This document shows positions 1 to 10,343 of a DNA stretch of 64,000 bases, one piece after another. Each line of letters begins with the position of its first letter. The stretch's first letter is position 1. The position numbers and the translations under genes are program-made. Under the pieces are notes generated by a model. It saw only the letters and a list, made by a program, of their open reading frames with translations, was not told the DNA's origin and made no database searches. This DNA is from Treponema sp. (lineage in GTDB: Bacteria; Spirochaetota; Spirochaetia; Treponematales; Treponemataceae): positions 11,613 through 75,612 of the forward strand of contig JAILIC010000146.1 in assembly GCA_024695475.1 (NCBI GenBank), in the 5' to 3' direction.

Positions 1-1082
1 ATTTTGAGCCGATTATGCAACACAGGTGATGCATATACCTCATCAAATTCATCAATAAAAAGAGCAGACACAGGTACATCAAATCCCTTAATAGTATTAA
101 CTACTGGTATTCCATCCCTATCTACCACAAAAATACTATCAGATTTTTCTATATTTTCAAGTGCTTTACGGTCTTTTAGACGCTCTAATAATGAAAAACC
201 TGCATCTTTTCCCATAATAAAAAGACTTGTAGATAATGCATCTGCAACTGTACTTGATGCACACACAATCGAAACCGAAGTTAAAGAGTTATGTACGGGA
301 TATCCTGTTTTTGGATCAAGTATATGGTGATATCTGATTCCATCCTGAATAAAAAAGCGTTCATAGACACCGCTGGTGACTACAGATGAAGCTGGCAACT
401 GTAATATAATCGCCGGTTGTCCTTCAGGACTGTCAGGATTTTTAACACCAACACCCCAATCACTTCCATCTTGTTTTGTACCATATACATAAATATTGCC
501 ACCAAGATTGATAATAGCCCTTTTTACATTTCGTTTTGCCATTATCGATGTCAATCTATCAGCGGCGTAGCCTTTTACGATAGCACCTAAATCTAAACGC
601 ATTCCTTTTTCTTGTAAGTAGACAGTATTTTCAGTTATATCAACTTTTTTATAGTCCACCAAAGACAATGCAGTATCGATTTCTTGTTGCGATGGTACCC
701 GTGCATCATCGGTATTAATACCCCATAATTTTACAAGAGGACCTACCGTCGGATCAAAAGCACCATCTGTTAATCGGGCAAACGCCAATGAAACTTGTAT
801 TATCTGCCGTACATCATCGGTCACCACTACAGGTGCTATACCAGCCTGGGCATTTATATGAGAAATTTCAGAGGAACTGTTTGTAGTGCTAAACTCTTCA
901 TCAAGCAATTGCAAACAATCAAAGAGTTCAGCATACAGTTTTTCAGTACCCTGTTCATAGATATTAATAGTACATACAGTACCCATCGCCAAACGAGTCT
1001 GCGGTGGGAGTGCCTTGGTACACCCTGATAAGCAAACTATCAGGGCAATACTACACAAGGCAAAAGCGTATCGGTTTTTCAT
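1..1082 (-). CDS. apbE: FAD:protein FMN transferase (ApbE family) lipoprotein; 3' end runs off the window
   Basis: Absent from the ORF track because it is open at the window edge. Reverse translation from ATG 1082..1080 gives MKNRYAFALCSIALIVCLSGC (lipobox LSGC). ApbE hallmarks follow: AMGTVCTINIY, FDPTVGPLVKLWG, LDLGAIVKGYAAD, INLGGNIYVYG, SGVYERFF..YHHILDPKTGYP, ADALSTSLF. No in-frame stop down to nt 1. Confidence 0.88.
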   Translation of the reverse strand, partial: MKNRYAFALCSIALIVCLSGCTKALPPQTRLAMGTVCTINIYEQGTEKLYAELFDCLQLLDEEFSTTNSSSEISHINAQAGIAPVVVTDDVRQIIQVSLAFARLTDGAFDPTVGPLVKLWGINTDDARVPSQQEIDTALSLVDYKKVDITENTVYLQEKGMRLDLGAIVKGYAADRLTSIMAKRNVKRAIINLGGNIYVYGTKQDGSDWGVGVKNPDSPEGQPAIILQLPASSVVTSGVYERFFIQDGIRYHHILDPKTGYPVHNSLTSVSIVCASSTVADALSTSLFIMGKDAGFSLLERLKDRKALENIEKSDSIFVVDRDGIPVVNTIKGFDVPVSALFIDEFDEVYASPVLHNRLK

Positions 1083-1090
1083 CAATACTA

Positions 1091-2923
1091 CTATTCTTCC
1101 TGTTCAGTGCACTGGATGTGAAGTTCTTTTAACTGAGCTTCATCAACCTTACTTGGACAGTCATCCATCGGACTTTGTGCCAATGTATTTTTAGGGAATG
1201 CAATAACTTCTTTGATTGATTCCTCGTGACACATCAACATAACCAGACGATCCAATCCTGGTGCAATACCACCATGAGGAGGAGCACCATATTTAAATGC
1301 ATTTACCAAGAATCCAAATGCTTTGTCAGCACGCTCTCTACTGTAACCAACGATATTAAAAATACGTTCCTGCAATTCAGGATCATTGATACGCATTGAA
1401 CCAGAAGCAATTTCATATCCATTCATAACAAGGTCATACAAATCACCCTTTACGCTACCTGGATCACTTTCCAATGTTGGCCAGTACTTTTTCTGAGGCA
1501 GTGTAAACATGTGATGTTCTGTTTCCCACTTGTTTTCTTCTTCATTCCAAGCAAAATACGGGAAGTCAATAATCCATGCAAAATGGAATTCATCTTTTGG
1601 ATTATAAAGGTTAAGGTCTTTTCCCAACTGAGTACGGACAGCACCAAGGGCAACACAGGCAACCTGCCACTTTTCATCACTGACAAACAGCAGCAAGTCA
1701 TTTTTCTCAGCTCCCAGCTTAGCGCAGATTTCTGCTTCTTTACCGGCAAAGAACTTGCTGATACCGCCTTCAAAAGCACCTTCTGCATTAACTTTCATCC
1801 ATGCAAGCCCTTTTGCTTTATAGATCTTCGCTTTTTCTTCCAAAGCTTCAATCATTTTACGGCTGTATTTATCTGCGACATTCTTTACAACAAGAGCCTT
1901 TAAGCCACTTCTTTTTTGACGCTGAATACTCTTATCTGCATTTGCAGCACCTGCTTTAAATGCATTAAAGTCTGACAAATCGGCCATAAAGACTGCATCC
2001 TGCATTTTCATGTCAAAACGCAAATCTGGCTTATCTGTACCATAGAAGTCAAAAGCATCGTCCCAGCTGATACGATCAAACTTTACAGGAAGCTCATAAC
2101 CAAGTGTCTTTTTAAATACGTAGCCAAGCATACCCTCAGTAACAGTCAATACTTCTTCACGATTGGTAAAGCTCAGCTCCATATCAATCTGAGTAAACTC
2201 TGGCTGACGATCACCACGAGCATCTTCATCACGATAACAGCGGGCAATCTGAAAATACTTATCAAAGCCAGAAACCATCAAAAGCTGCTTGTACAACTGA
2301 GGACTCTGAGGCAATGAGTAGAATTTTCCAGGATGTACACGACTCGGAACCAGATAATCACGCGCACCTTCTGGAGTAGATTTTATAAAAGTAGGAGTTT
2401 CGATTTCGAGGAAGCCCTTTCCTGTTAAATATTCACGCACCGCAAATGTTACGTTAGAACGTAATATGATGTGCTTTTGCATTGGCTCACGACGCAAGTC
2501 AAGATAACGGTACTTAAGACGAAGATCCTCATTTGGCAAAACAAGTGTTCCATCTTTCTGACGAACTTCATCAATTTGGAATGGCAATACATCTGCTTTT
2601 GTAAATACTTCGATATCTTCTGCCTCAAGTTCGATCTCACCTGTTGGCATATCTTTATTAATATCTTTATCATTACGAGCAGAAACAACGCCCTTAACGG
2701 CTATACAATACTCATTTTTAAGAGAAGCTGCGATCTTTTTAACATCATCATTTGCTTTATCACCAACTATAATCTGAGTAATGCCATAACGATCACGCAA
2801 CATAATAAAAAACAGGCCACCCAAATCACGGGTACGGTGAACCCATCCATTCAATATAACAGTTTTACCAATATCGCTCTTGCGCAAATCACCACAAGAA
2901 ACGGTTCTCTTTGTAGATTCCAT
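1091..2923 (-). CDS. aspS: aspartyl-tRNA synthetase
   Basis: 610-aa ORF. N-terminal OB fold (VILNGWVHRTRDLGGLFFIMLRD), class II motif 2 FQIARCYRDEDARGDRQPEFTQIDMELSF, motif 3 region GGIAPGLDRLVML. Ends 8 nt upstream of the apbE start. Confidence 0.96.
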   Translation of the reverse strand: MESTKRTVSCGDLRKSDIGKTVILNGWVHRTRDLGGLFFIMLRDRYGITQIIVGDKANDDVKKIAASLKNEYCIAVKGVVSARNDKDINKDMPTGEIELEAEDIEVFTKADVLPFQIDEVRQKDGTLVLPNEDLRLKYRYLDLRREPMQKHIILRSNVTFAVREYLTGKGFLEIETPTFIKSTPEGARDYLVPSRVHPGKFYSLPQSPQLYKQLLMVSGFDKYFQIARCYRDEDARGDRQPEFTQIDMELSFTNREEVLTVTEGMLGYVFKKTLGYELPVKFDRISWDDAFDFYGTDKPDLRFDMKMQDAVFMADLSDFNAFKAGAANADKSIQRQKRSGLKALVVKNVADKYSRKMIEALEEKAKIYKAKGLAWMKVNAEGAFEGGISKFFAGKEAEICAKLGAEKNDLLLFVSDEKWQVACVALGAVRTQLGKDLNLYNPKDEFHFAWIIDFPYFAWNEEENKWETEHHMFTLPQKKYWPTLESDPGSVKGDLYDLVMNGYEIASGSMRINDPELQERIFNIVGYSRERADKAFGFLVNAFKYGAPPHGGIAPGLDRLVMLMCHEESIKEVIAFPKNTLAQSPMDDCPSKVDEAQLKELHIQCTEQEE

Positions 2924-3106
2924 AGTACGCCCATTCTATCGTAAATAGATATTATATACAATAATAGCTATGCATCTTAGCAAGGTAGTTATTACGCTTC
3001 TCACCGGCTCTTTTTTACAACTGTGTTACCAGTTGCTTTTCTGGACAAACAAAAATCGCCATGCTACACTACTTTAAAAAATAATCTAGAACATGGAGTA
3101 TCATTT

Positions 3107-3487
3107 ATGTCAAAGCATCGTAAATATTCCTTTAATGTATTATATCTTTTAGGAAGCATACTTATACTGCTCGGTTTATTCCTGCCTGTTTTGAACATCG
3201 GACCTATTCATATAACCGGTTTAAAAATGCTATCAAACGATAGATTCAGCTATGTTGTTGCAGGCATTCTTATTTTTGTCGGTGCTGGTGTTGGATTTAT
3301 CGCTTGTTTTTTTCCACCTCTGATGCAGTATAAATTCAGTGGCTTTCTTATGAGCATTTTTGGAGGAGTACTGCTTTTTATCATGTATGGGTCAACCCTC
3401 GTTAAGGCTTTTACAAAAGTTGCAGGCCCTGGTTTTTATGTCATCATCATCGGCTGGGTAGTAGCATTCATCGCTTTGTTTGCATAA
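3107..3487 (+). CDS. small polytopic membrane protein, unknown function
   Basis: Track ORF 3023..3487. Preferred start is ATG 3107, 6 nt after GGAG (3095-3098). Four hydrophobic helices (LYLLGSILILLGLFLPVL, VVAGILIFVGAGVGFIACFF, GFLMSIFGGVLLFIMYG, FYVIIIGWVVAFIALF). No family recognised. Confidence 0.6.
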   Translation: MSKHRKYSFNVLYLLGSILILLGLFLPVLNIGPIHITGLKMLSNDRFSYVVAGILIFVGAGVGFIACFFPPLMQYKFSGFLMSIFGGVLLFIMYGSTLVKAFTKVAGPGFYVIIIGWVVAFIALFA

Positions 3488-3570
3488 CGCGAGCAACTTG
3501 ACAGCAATGTTCATCAATGATGTAATGAAAACATCATTAGGTATACACATACTGAAATGGAGGAATAGGA

Positions 3571-5151
3571 ATGAAAAAAATGTCAGTATTAACTGCCGTT
3601 TCTTTAGTTGCAGTTATGCTGTTTACCGGTTGTGCATCAACCTCTAACAGCTCTGATGCAGAAACCAAATTGGTTATTCTGCACACAAACGATCACCACG
3701 GTTCTGTCACCACCCGCCCAGACAAAGAAGGTGTTGGTCACGGTGGCCTTGCAGAACGCGCAACTTTTATAAAGCAAGTTCGTGCAGAATACGAAAATGT
3801 ATTGCTCGTTGATGCTGGTGATATCAATACTGGTATGGCAGTATCTAATATGTTCCATGCAGAGCCTGACTTGCAGGCAATGAATGCAATGGGATATGAA
3901 GCTACTGTTTTTGGTAACCACGAATTTGATAAATCACTTTCTGTTCTGAAAGAACAAATGAAGTCAACATCTTTTGCTTGGCTTAGTTCAAACATCAAGT
4001 ATAAAGATACTGGCAAATACCTCGGAACACCTTACATCATCAAAAAATACAAAGGTTTTACTGTTGGTATTTTTGGTTTGACCACACTCCGCACAACTAT
4101 TTTGGAGCGTCCAGATGCCAGCCTTCAGTTCTATGACGAAATCGAAACCGCAAAAGAAATGGTTTCTTTCCTCCGCAACAAGAAAAAAGTTGATATCGTT
4201 ATTGAAGTTGGACATCTTGGTGATATCGAAGAAACACCTGACCAAACAACTTCTGTTAAACTTGCTCAGGCAGTAGAAGGTATTGATCTTATTGTTGACG
4301 GTCACTCACACTCATTTATGGAAAAGCCTAACGTAGTCAATGGCACTCCTATTGTCAGTGCAAATGAATGGGGTAAATATGTTGGACAGGGCATCCTGAC
4401 CATCAAGAACAAGAAGATCGTAAGCTTTGACTGGGCTCCAGTAGAAATTACAGATAAAGCATTCCCACCAGATGCAGAAGTTGCAACTCTTATCAAACCA
4501 TATCTGGAAAAAGCAGAAGCTTCATTAAAAGAAGTCGTCATGGTAACCTCTGCAGAATTCCCATTTGGTAAAAAGCAGACCCGTTACAGAGAAATGGCAA
4601 CAGGCGATATCCTCTGTGATGCAGCAGTTGATTATTCTAAAGAAATGGGTGTAGACGTTGACTTTGCACTGTTCAATGGTGGCGGTATCCGTACTGGACT
4701 TCCAAAGGGTGATGTAACACGTGAACAAATGATTACCATGTTACCATTTGAAAACTACGTATACATCCTGACATTAAAAGGAAGCGACGTAAAAGAACTG
4801 TTTAGTTTCGTTGGTACAATCAATCAGGGTGCAGGTGGTTTTGCCCAGGTTTCAAAAGAGGTTCACTATACCATTACCTATGATGCTGAAGGAAAGAACG
4901 GTAAGATGTCCGACCTTACCATCAACGGTAAGCCTGTCGATGACAACAAGATCTATCGTATTGCCACAAATGATTACATGGCAAAAGGTGGAGACGGATA
5001 TACCGTTATGCTGAAAGCTTTGGATTCATACAACCTCAGACTTATCATGAACGAAGTATTTATCCAATATGCTGCAAAATTACCACAGCCTGTAAGCCCA
5101 ACAACTGATGGTCGTATAAACATCGTTGGTGGTGTACCCGCTGAATTCTAA
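3571..5151 (+). CDS. bifunctional metallophosphatase/5'-nucleotidase family lipoprotein
   Basis: Signal peptide with lipobox LFTGCAS. Metallophosphoesterase motifs ILHTNDHHG, VDAGD, GNHEFD, DGHSH. C-terminal 5'-nucleotidase domain (GGGIRTGLPKG, FENYVYILTLKG, ATNDYMAKGGDGY). Confidence 0.9.
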   Translation: MKKMSVLTAVSLVAVMLFTGCASTSNSSDAETKLVILHTNDHHGSVTTRPDKEGVGHGGLAERATFIKQVRAEYENVLLVDAGDINTGMAVSNMFHAEPDLQAMNAMGYEATVFGNHEFDKSLSVLKEQMKSTSFAWLSSNIKYKDTGKYLGTPYIIKKYKGFTVGIFGLTTLRTTILERPDASLQFYDEIETAKEMVSFLRNKKKVDIVIEVGHLGDIEETPDQTTSVKLAQAVEGIDLIVDGHSHSFMEKPNVVNGTPIVSANEWGKYVGQGILTIKNKKIVSFDWAPVEITDKAFPPDAEVATLIKPYLEKAEASLKEVVMVTSAEFPFGKKQTRYREMATGDILCDAAVDYSKEMGVDVDFALFNGGGIRTGLPKGDVTREQMITMLPFENYVYILTLKGSDVKELFSFVGTINQGAGGFAQVSKEVHYTITYDAEGKNGKMSDLTINGKPVDDNKIYRIATNDYMAKGGDGYTVMLKALDSYNLRLIMNEVFIQYAAKLPQPVSPTTDGRINIVGGVPAEF

Positions 5152-5169
5152 TAACGGAGTAATTTACAA

Positions 5170-6606
5170 TTGAAAATCGTCATTATCGGTGCTGGATTTA
5201 CTGGAGTACAACTTGCTAAACGCTTAATCAATGAAAAAAACGATGTCATCCTCATCGATAATGATGAAGAAACAGTCAGGCATGCTTCAAACAGGCTTGA
5301 CTGTGCCGTTGTTCAAGCAGACGGTAACAGTCTGCAAACTTTGGAAGACAATGGCATAGCAAAAGCTGCCGCATTGGTATGTGTTACAGATAACGATGAG
5401 GTAAATATGATTACCTGTTCACTTGTCGATGCTGTCTATCCAGACATATTAAAAATTGCACGTGTACGAAATTATGCGTATTACCTCAACTCTTCAGTAG
5501 CATCAAAAAAATATTCAGTTCAAAACAACAAAAAACATCGACCGCTGTACGGTATCGACTATATGATTCACCCGGACGTTGAAGCCGCTAAAGTAATAGT
5601 CGAAGCTGTAAAAAACGGAGCCGTCAATGATGTGCTCCCCTTTGGCAATGGCGATTTTGAGCTTGCCCGTCTTACCATTGAGACAGGAAGCTTATTAGCT
5701 GGCAAACAACTCCAAAATGTACGTAGTTTGACAGACAAGCCATTCCTTATCACATATGTAGAGTCAAATGGTAAAACATCTCTACCCAGTGGTACTACAA
5801 CACTTAATCCCGGTGACAGTATCGGGCTTTTAACAAAAACAGAAAACCTGCATGAACTATTTGGGTTATGCGGTTCTAAAATACAAGAATTAAAAAAAGT
5901 AGCTCTCGTTGGAGCCGGACGTATCGGAACCATTGTTGCAGATCAAATCTTTCAACATAAAAAGAATTCGTTTTTATATAAATTTTTCAATAAACAAAAT
6001 TCTCATCACCTTTTAATTGTCGACGAAGACGGTGACGCAGCAAAAATTGCCGCGGATAAGTTTCCTGACGCAAGTGTTTTTTGTGCAGATGTAACTGATG
6101 AAGCTTTTATCCAGGAAGAAGGTCTTCAAAATTATGACTTGGTCATCTGCACGACACGCAATCATGAACTTAACATGGTTGTCGCTGCTTATCTTGAATC
6201 TTTAGGAGTAGGCAAAACCATCAGCCTGGTAGCGAGCTCAGCTTATGCTACTATTGCCCGTAAAATCGGAGTTGATGTTCCTGTACCTATACGAGATGTT
6301 GTCGTCGACAGTATTATGAGTCATCTCCGCGGTAGTTCCGTAACCGAGATTCATACGGTCACCACTGGCGAACTTGAAATTGTAGAATGTGTTCTATCCG
6401 CATCTTCCCCCGTCGTTGGAAAAGCTTTAAAAGATATTTCATCAGCTGGTATTTTTCTTATCTTATTGATACAGCCAAATGGTTCATCATCATATCAAAT
6501 ACCAGTTGGTAGCACGATTCTTTCTACCGGAGATAAAATTACACTTATTACTCTGGCAGAAAAGACAAAAGATATTCTTGTCCATTTTAACGGGAAAAAT
6601 CAATGA
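5170..6606 (+). CDS. trkA: Trk potassium uptake system NAD-binding subunit TrkA
   Basis: TTG start. Two Rossmann motifs (IIGAGFTGVQLA near the N-terminus, LVGAGRIGTIVA mid-protein), each followed by an RCK_C-like segment. Stop overlaps the trkH start (ATGA at 6603-6606). Confidence 0.9.
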   Translation: MKIVIIGAGFTGVQLAKRLINEKNDVILIDNDEETVRHASNRLDCAVVQADGNSLQTLEDNGIAKAAALVCVTDNDEVNMITCSLVDAVYPDILKIARVRNYAYYLNSSVASKKYSVQNNKKHRPLYGIDYMIHPDVEAAKVIVEAVKNGAVNDVLPFGNGDFELARLTIETGSLLAGKQLQNVRSLTDKPFLITYVESNGKTSLPSGTTTLNPGDSIGLLTKTENLHELFGLCGSKIQELKKVALVGAGRIGTIVADQIFQHKKNSFLYKFFNKQNSHHLLIVDEDGDAAKIAADKFPDASVFCADVTDEAFIQEEGLQNYDLVICTTRNHELNMVVAAYLESLGVGKTISLVASSAYATIARKIGVDVPVPIRDVVVDSIMSHLRGSSVTEIHTVTTGELEIVECVLSASSPVVGKALKDISSAGIFLILLIQPNGSSSYQIPVGSTILSTGDKITLITLAEKTKDILVHFNGKNQ

Positions 6607-8042
6607 CCACCTTATTGTTCATACGAATTATTTTAATATTAATCGGTATCGTTGGTTTTTCATTTATACTCCCGATCAGTGTCGCTCTCTATTATCAAGA
6701 ATATAACGCTATATGGGCATTTATTGTACCAGCCAGCATCGCTGTTTTATGCAGCCTTATCGCTTTTTTTTCTTCTCAAAAAAAGCATATTGCCTTTTCA
6801 ACTCGTAGCTCTTTTGTCTTTGTCGCACTAGCATGGACATGCACCAGTCTTTTTGGTGCACTTCCGCTCTACATCGGTGGATACATTCCTTCTCTCATAG
6901 ATGCGATATTCGAAAGTGTCAGTGGCTTTACCACCACAGGTGCTACCATTCTCAGCGAAATCGAAACACTCCCCCGCTGCATAAACCTTTGGCGATGCCA
7001 AATGCACTGGCTCGGTGGCATGGGTATCGTAGCCTTGACAGTAGCACTCTTTCCTCTCTTGGGAGTCGGTGGCTTTCAATTAATAAAAGCCGAAACAACC
7101 GGCCCTGAAAAAGGCAAAATGACCCCCAAGATTACCAACACCGCTAAAGCACTGTGGATTATTTACGTTGTCCTCACTCTCACGCAGGCAATTGCATTAC
7201 GTATTGCCGGTATGGATCCAATAGACGCACTGTCACATGCCTTTTCTACATTAGGAACAGGTGGCTTTTCTAGTCAAAATCAAAGTATTGGTGCATACCA
7301 TTCTCCTGCCATTGAGTGGATTTGTATCATCTTTATGTTTTGTGCCGCACTTAACTTTACTATGTACTTTTATGCCATCACTGGGCATTTTAAGGAAATA
7401 TGGCTTAATTCAGAATTCAAGGCATTTTGTTTTGTCGTAGCTATTACGACACTACTCATGGCCATTCCTATCATTCCCCTGTATGGCGCACAATCTATAC
7501 GATATAGTATGTTCCATGTACTTACCATTATTTCTACCACCGGTTTTGCTACTGCAGACTATGACATATGGCCTGCAAGCACCCATCTTATATTATTTGT
7601 CCTCTTCTTTTTAGGTGGCTGCTCTGGCAGTACTGCTGGCGGTATCAAAATCGTCAGATGGGTAGTTCTCGGTAAACAAGCATCAAACGAAATTAAACGT
7701 ACGCTCCATCCTCATGGAGTATTTAATATACGACTCAATGGAAAAGCAGGCCGAAAAGATGTTGTATTTTCTGTTACAGCCTTTATCTTTTTGTACTTTT
7801 TGCTTTTGGCATGTACCACCTACATCGGTTGCCTGGGCAACCTTGATTTGCTAAGTTCATTTTCGGGAGCACTTGCCATACTCGGCAATGTCGGTCCAGC
7901 TTTTAAACTCTTAGGTCCAACACAAAACTACGGATTTTTACCCGATTTTGTAAAGCTCTGGTACTGTTTTGCCATGCTGGCGGGCCGTCTGGAACTCTAT
8001 ACCATGATTATCTTTTTTATGCCTGCGTATTGGAAAAAATAA
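6603..8042 (+). CDS. trkH: Trk potassium uptake system membrane subunit TrkH
   Basis: 479-aa polytopic protein with four pore-loop-like repeats (SGFTTTGAT, STLGTGGFS, ISTTGFATAD, GCSGSTAGGIK). Translationally coupled to trkA. Confidence 0.92.
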   Translation: MTTLLFIRIILILIGIVGFSFILPISVALYYQEYNAIWAFIVPASIAVLCSLIAFFSSQKKHIAFSTRSSFVFVALAWTCTSLFGALPLYIGGYIPSLIDAIFESVSGFTTTGATILSEIETLPRCINLWRCQMHWLGGMGIVALTVALFPLLGVGGFQLIKAETTGPEKGKMTPKITNTAKALWIIYVVLTLTQAIALRIAGMDPIDALSHAFSTLGTGGFSSQNQSIGAYHSPAIEWICIIFMFCAALNFTMYFYAITGHFKEIWLNSEFKAFCFVVAITTLLMAIPIIPLYGAQSIRYSMFHVLTIISTTGFATADYDIWPASTHLILFVLFFLGGCSGSTAGGIKIVRWVVLGKQASNEIKRTLHPHGVFNIRLNGKAGRKDVVFSVTAFIFLYFLLLACTTYIGCLGNLDLLSSFSGALAILGNVGPAFKLLGPTQNYGFLPDFVKLWYCFAMLAGRLELYTMIIFFMPAYWKK

Positions 8043-8093
8043 ATGAAATAAATATTATTGCTTGCCTAGCAATGATTTGGTATACTGGTCGGT

Positions 8094-8600
8094 ATGAGTA
8101 AAACAACAGATACATGTCCTTGTGGTTCAGGAAAACCTTACAGCGAATGCTGCGAACCAATTATTAAAAAGACGGTAAAAGCTGCCACAGCTGAAGCTTT
8201 GATGAGAGCACGCTATACCGCTTATGTTAAACAGGAAATTGATTTTATCATAGATACCTGTGAACATGCAGAAAACATTGCAGAGATCGATCGCAAAGCT
8301 ACAGAAGATTGGAGCAAGACTTCAACTTGGCACGGATTGCAGATTCTTCATACCGAAAAAGGTACCGAAAAAGACGACGAAGGTATTGTTGAGTTTGAAG
8401 CAACATACACTCGCAAACAAATCCGTGATGTTCACCATGAAACAGGCTACTTCAAAAAGATTAATGGTGAATGGCTCTATTCAGTCGGTAACTTAAAGAC
8501 AACAACAGTACGTCGCGAAGGCAAGAAAATCGGTCGTAACGATCCATGCCCTTGTGGTTCTGGCAAAAAATACAAATACTGCTGCGGTCGTAACGCATAA
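8094..8600 (+). CDS. YchJ-family (UPF0225) protein with two SEC-C zinc motifs
   Basis: [13 protein letters not shown] at the N-terminus and [19 protein letters not shown] at the C-terminus flank an NTF2-like core ([11 protein letters not shown] ... GEWLY). Collinear with E. coli YchJ as I recall it. Confidence 0.85.
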   Translation: MSKTTDTCPCGSGKPYSECCEPIIKKTVKAATAEALMRARYTAYVKQEIDFIIDTCEHAENIAEIDRKATEDWSKTSTWHGLQILHTEKGTEKDDEGIVEFEATYTRKQIRDVHHETGYFKKINGEWLYSVGNLKTTTVRREGKKIGRNDPCPCGSGKKYKYCCGRNA

Positions 8601-8621
8601 TCAAGTGCCATTTATAATACA

Positions 8622-9413
8622 GTGAAATATATTATAACAGGTTTTCATGCTATAGAAGAACGTCTAAAACAAGCAACTGAGCGTCATACCGATGTCAGCA
8701 GTTTTAAACTCTTTTATAGCAAACCAGGTCCACGCATAAAGAAAATCCTCTCAGCAGCACAGGTTCTTTCCGTACCTTGTAATCAAGTGACAAAACAAGA
8801 ACTTGATAGTATGGTGCGATCATTACCAGCAAGCATCCAGGATCATCGTGGTATTGTCTTATCATATGAAGGCGAAGCCCAATCGCAACATAATATGATA
8901 GATTTGTCTCAGTGGATTATCGAACACAAAGACAGTACAGAACCTTTAACGGTCATCATATTAGACAATGTTACAGATCCCCATAACGTAGGTGCCATTA
9001 TCAGAAGTTGTGATCAATTTGGTGCGGCACTTGTCGTTATTCCTGAGCGTCATGGCGCAAATGATATAGCAGGTAGTGAAATTATTGCCAGAAGTAGTGC
9101 CGGCTCAGCTGCATGGGTACCTGTATCCATCGTCAAAAACCTCGTACGAGCAACACAGCAATTAAAAGAAGCTGGCTTTTGGGTATATGGAGCAGATGCA
9201 GGTGGCACCAATGTCACACAGTTATCTTTCAGCAATCACAGTGCTGTCATTATGGGCAGCGAAGGCACTGGTATCGGCCGTCTTTTGGAAGAACAATGTG
9301 ATTCTATTGTATCTATCCCTACCTGTGGTAAAATAGATAGTCTCAACGTATCAGTTGCAGCTGGTGTACTTTTATATGAACTTTTTAGACAAAGGAGCAG
9401 TACCAATGAATAG
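8622..9413 (+). CDS. TrmH/SpoU-family RNA 2'-O-methyltransferase (RlmB-like)
   Basis: GTG start. ITGFHAIEERL N-terminal domain. SpoU motifs LDNVTDPHNVGAIIRSCDQFGA, VIMGSEGTGIG, IPTCGKIDSLNVSVAAGVLLYE. Confidence 0.88.
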   Translation: MKYIITGFHAIEERLKQATERHTDVSSFKLFYSKPGPRIKKILSAAQVLSVPCNQVTKQELDSMVRSLPASIQDHRGIVLSYEGEAQSQHNMIDLSQWIIEHKDSTEPLTVIILDNVTDPHNVGAIIRSCDQFGAALVVIPERHGANDIAGSEIIARSSAGSAAWVPVSIVKNLVRATQQLKEAGFWVYGADAGGTNVTQLSFSNHSAVIMGSEGTGIGRLLEEQCDSIVSIPTCGKIDSLNVSVAAGVLLYELFRQRSSTNE

Positions 9414-10329
9414 ACAGGATATTGCTGCGGCAAAAGCCATAAGAAAATCAACATTAAAATCCATCAAAGCCAAATACAACTCTCGTATTAAAACAATCCG
9501 CGACAGAGCTGCAGAGGAAATACGTCAGGTTCATATTCAGTTTTCTGCTGATCCGGAACGCTTAAAGGCAAAATATGAAGCTGATGCCGCATATAAAAGT
9601 GAAAAAGCAAAAGTACGTGCTGCAAGAGCTTTAAAACGTGCGCAAGCTGCTGCCGAACGTAACGCTCGCGAAAGTGAAAATGAACAACATTTTACCTTTG
9701 GTGAAGAATTATTTAATTCAATCGTGCTCGGTATTGGAGCAGGTCTCGCTATTACTGCATTAGTACTCTTAATCGTTAAGTCCGCACTTTATGCATCTAA
9801 ATCAATATACGCCATTACGGTAACCAGTTACACGCTTGCCGGTTCATTACTCTTTTTAGCATACCTGATGTCCACACTGGCACATGCACTCACCCCTTAT
9901 GGTGCAAAGCGTGTATTTAGAATACTTTCCTATGATTTTTCCTATCTCTCTTATACAAGCGAGCTATCATTACTTGCTCTCGTGTTCCTGACAGGAACTA
10001 AGTCATGGATTTTGTTTTCACTTGACTGGATATATGGCACACTTATGGTTATTGCAATCTCCTCTTTTAAATCCAAGTATCGCTCTTTGTTCATGAAAAT
10101 ACTCAATGTACTCATGGCGATAACGCTTTGTATTGAGTTTGCATTTGTATTTGACCAGCTCCCAGTTATTTGCGTAAAACTATTGATAATGGCCTTAGTG
10201 ACCTATCTTATCGGTGAGCTCTTCCATGCTATGAAGCATATCAAATGGACAAATCCTATTTTCCATTTATTCTGCATGATGGCTAACATATTTATTTTCT
10301 TTGCGTTATTTCTTTCATTACCAATGTAA
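9406..10329 (+). CDS. HlyIII/PAQR-like 7-TM protein with degenerate metal-site residues and a Lys/Ala-rich helical N-terminal extension
   Basis: Track ORF 9355..10329. Preferred start is ATG 9406, 8 nt after AAAGGAG (9391-9397), overlapping the rlmB-like stop by 8 nt. EELFNSIVLGIGAGLAITALVLLIV aligns with the HlyIII N-terminal motif EExxNxxxHGxG but has Leu for His. STLAHAL and IFHLF are retained. Confidence 0.6.
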   Translation: MNRQDIAAAKAIRKSTLKSIKAKYNSRIKTIRDRAAEEIRQVHIQFSADPERLKAKYEADAAYKSEKAKVRAARALKRAQAAAERNARESENEQHFTFGEELFNSIVLGIGAGLAITALVLLIVKSALYASKSIYAITVTSYTLAGSLLFLAYLMSTLAHALTPYGAKRVFRILSYDFSYLSYTSELSLLALVFLTGTKSWILFSLDWIYGTLMVIAISSFKSKYRSLFMKILNVLMAITLCIEFAFVFDQLPVICVKLLIMALVTYLIGELFHAMKHIKWTNPIFHLFCMMANIFIFFALFLSLPM

Positions 10330-10343
10330 GATCGACACTTCTT

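Noticed and set aside
4-1028. Plus-strand ORFs 4..330 and 795..1028
   Set aside because: Both are antisense to a well-supported ApbE gene on the minus strand. Their translations are low-complexity and lack motifs.
2471-2944. Long antisense or out-of-frame ORFs (2471..2944, 13077..13550, 24099..24596, 33458..33928, 38490..38981, 45342..45815, 49426..49896, 54404..54808, 60412..60909, 30472..30888 and the many 60-100-aa ones)
   Set aside because: Each lies inside or opposite a gene with strong family motifs. Their translations are Ile/Phe/Leu/Cys-rich nonsense typical of AT-rich shadow ORFs, and none has an SD or signal features.
10330-10343. yybP-ykoY manganese riboswitch upstream of mntP
   Set aside because: Only 14 nt separate mntP from the preceding gene, so there is no room for a riboswitch.
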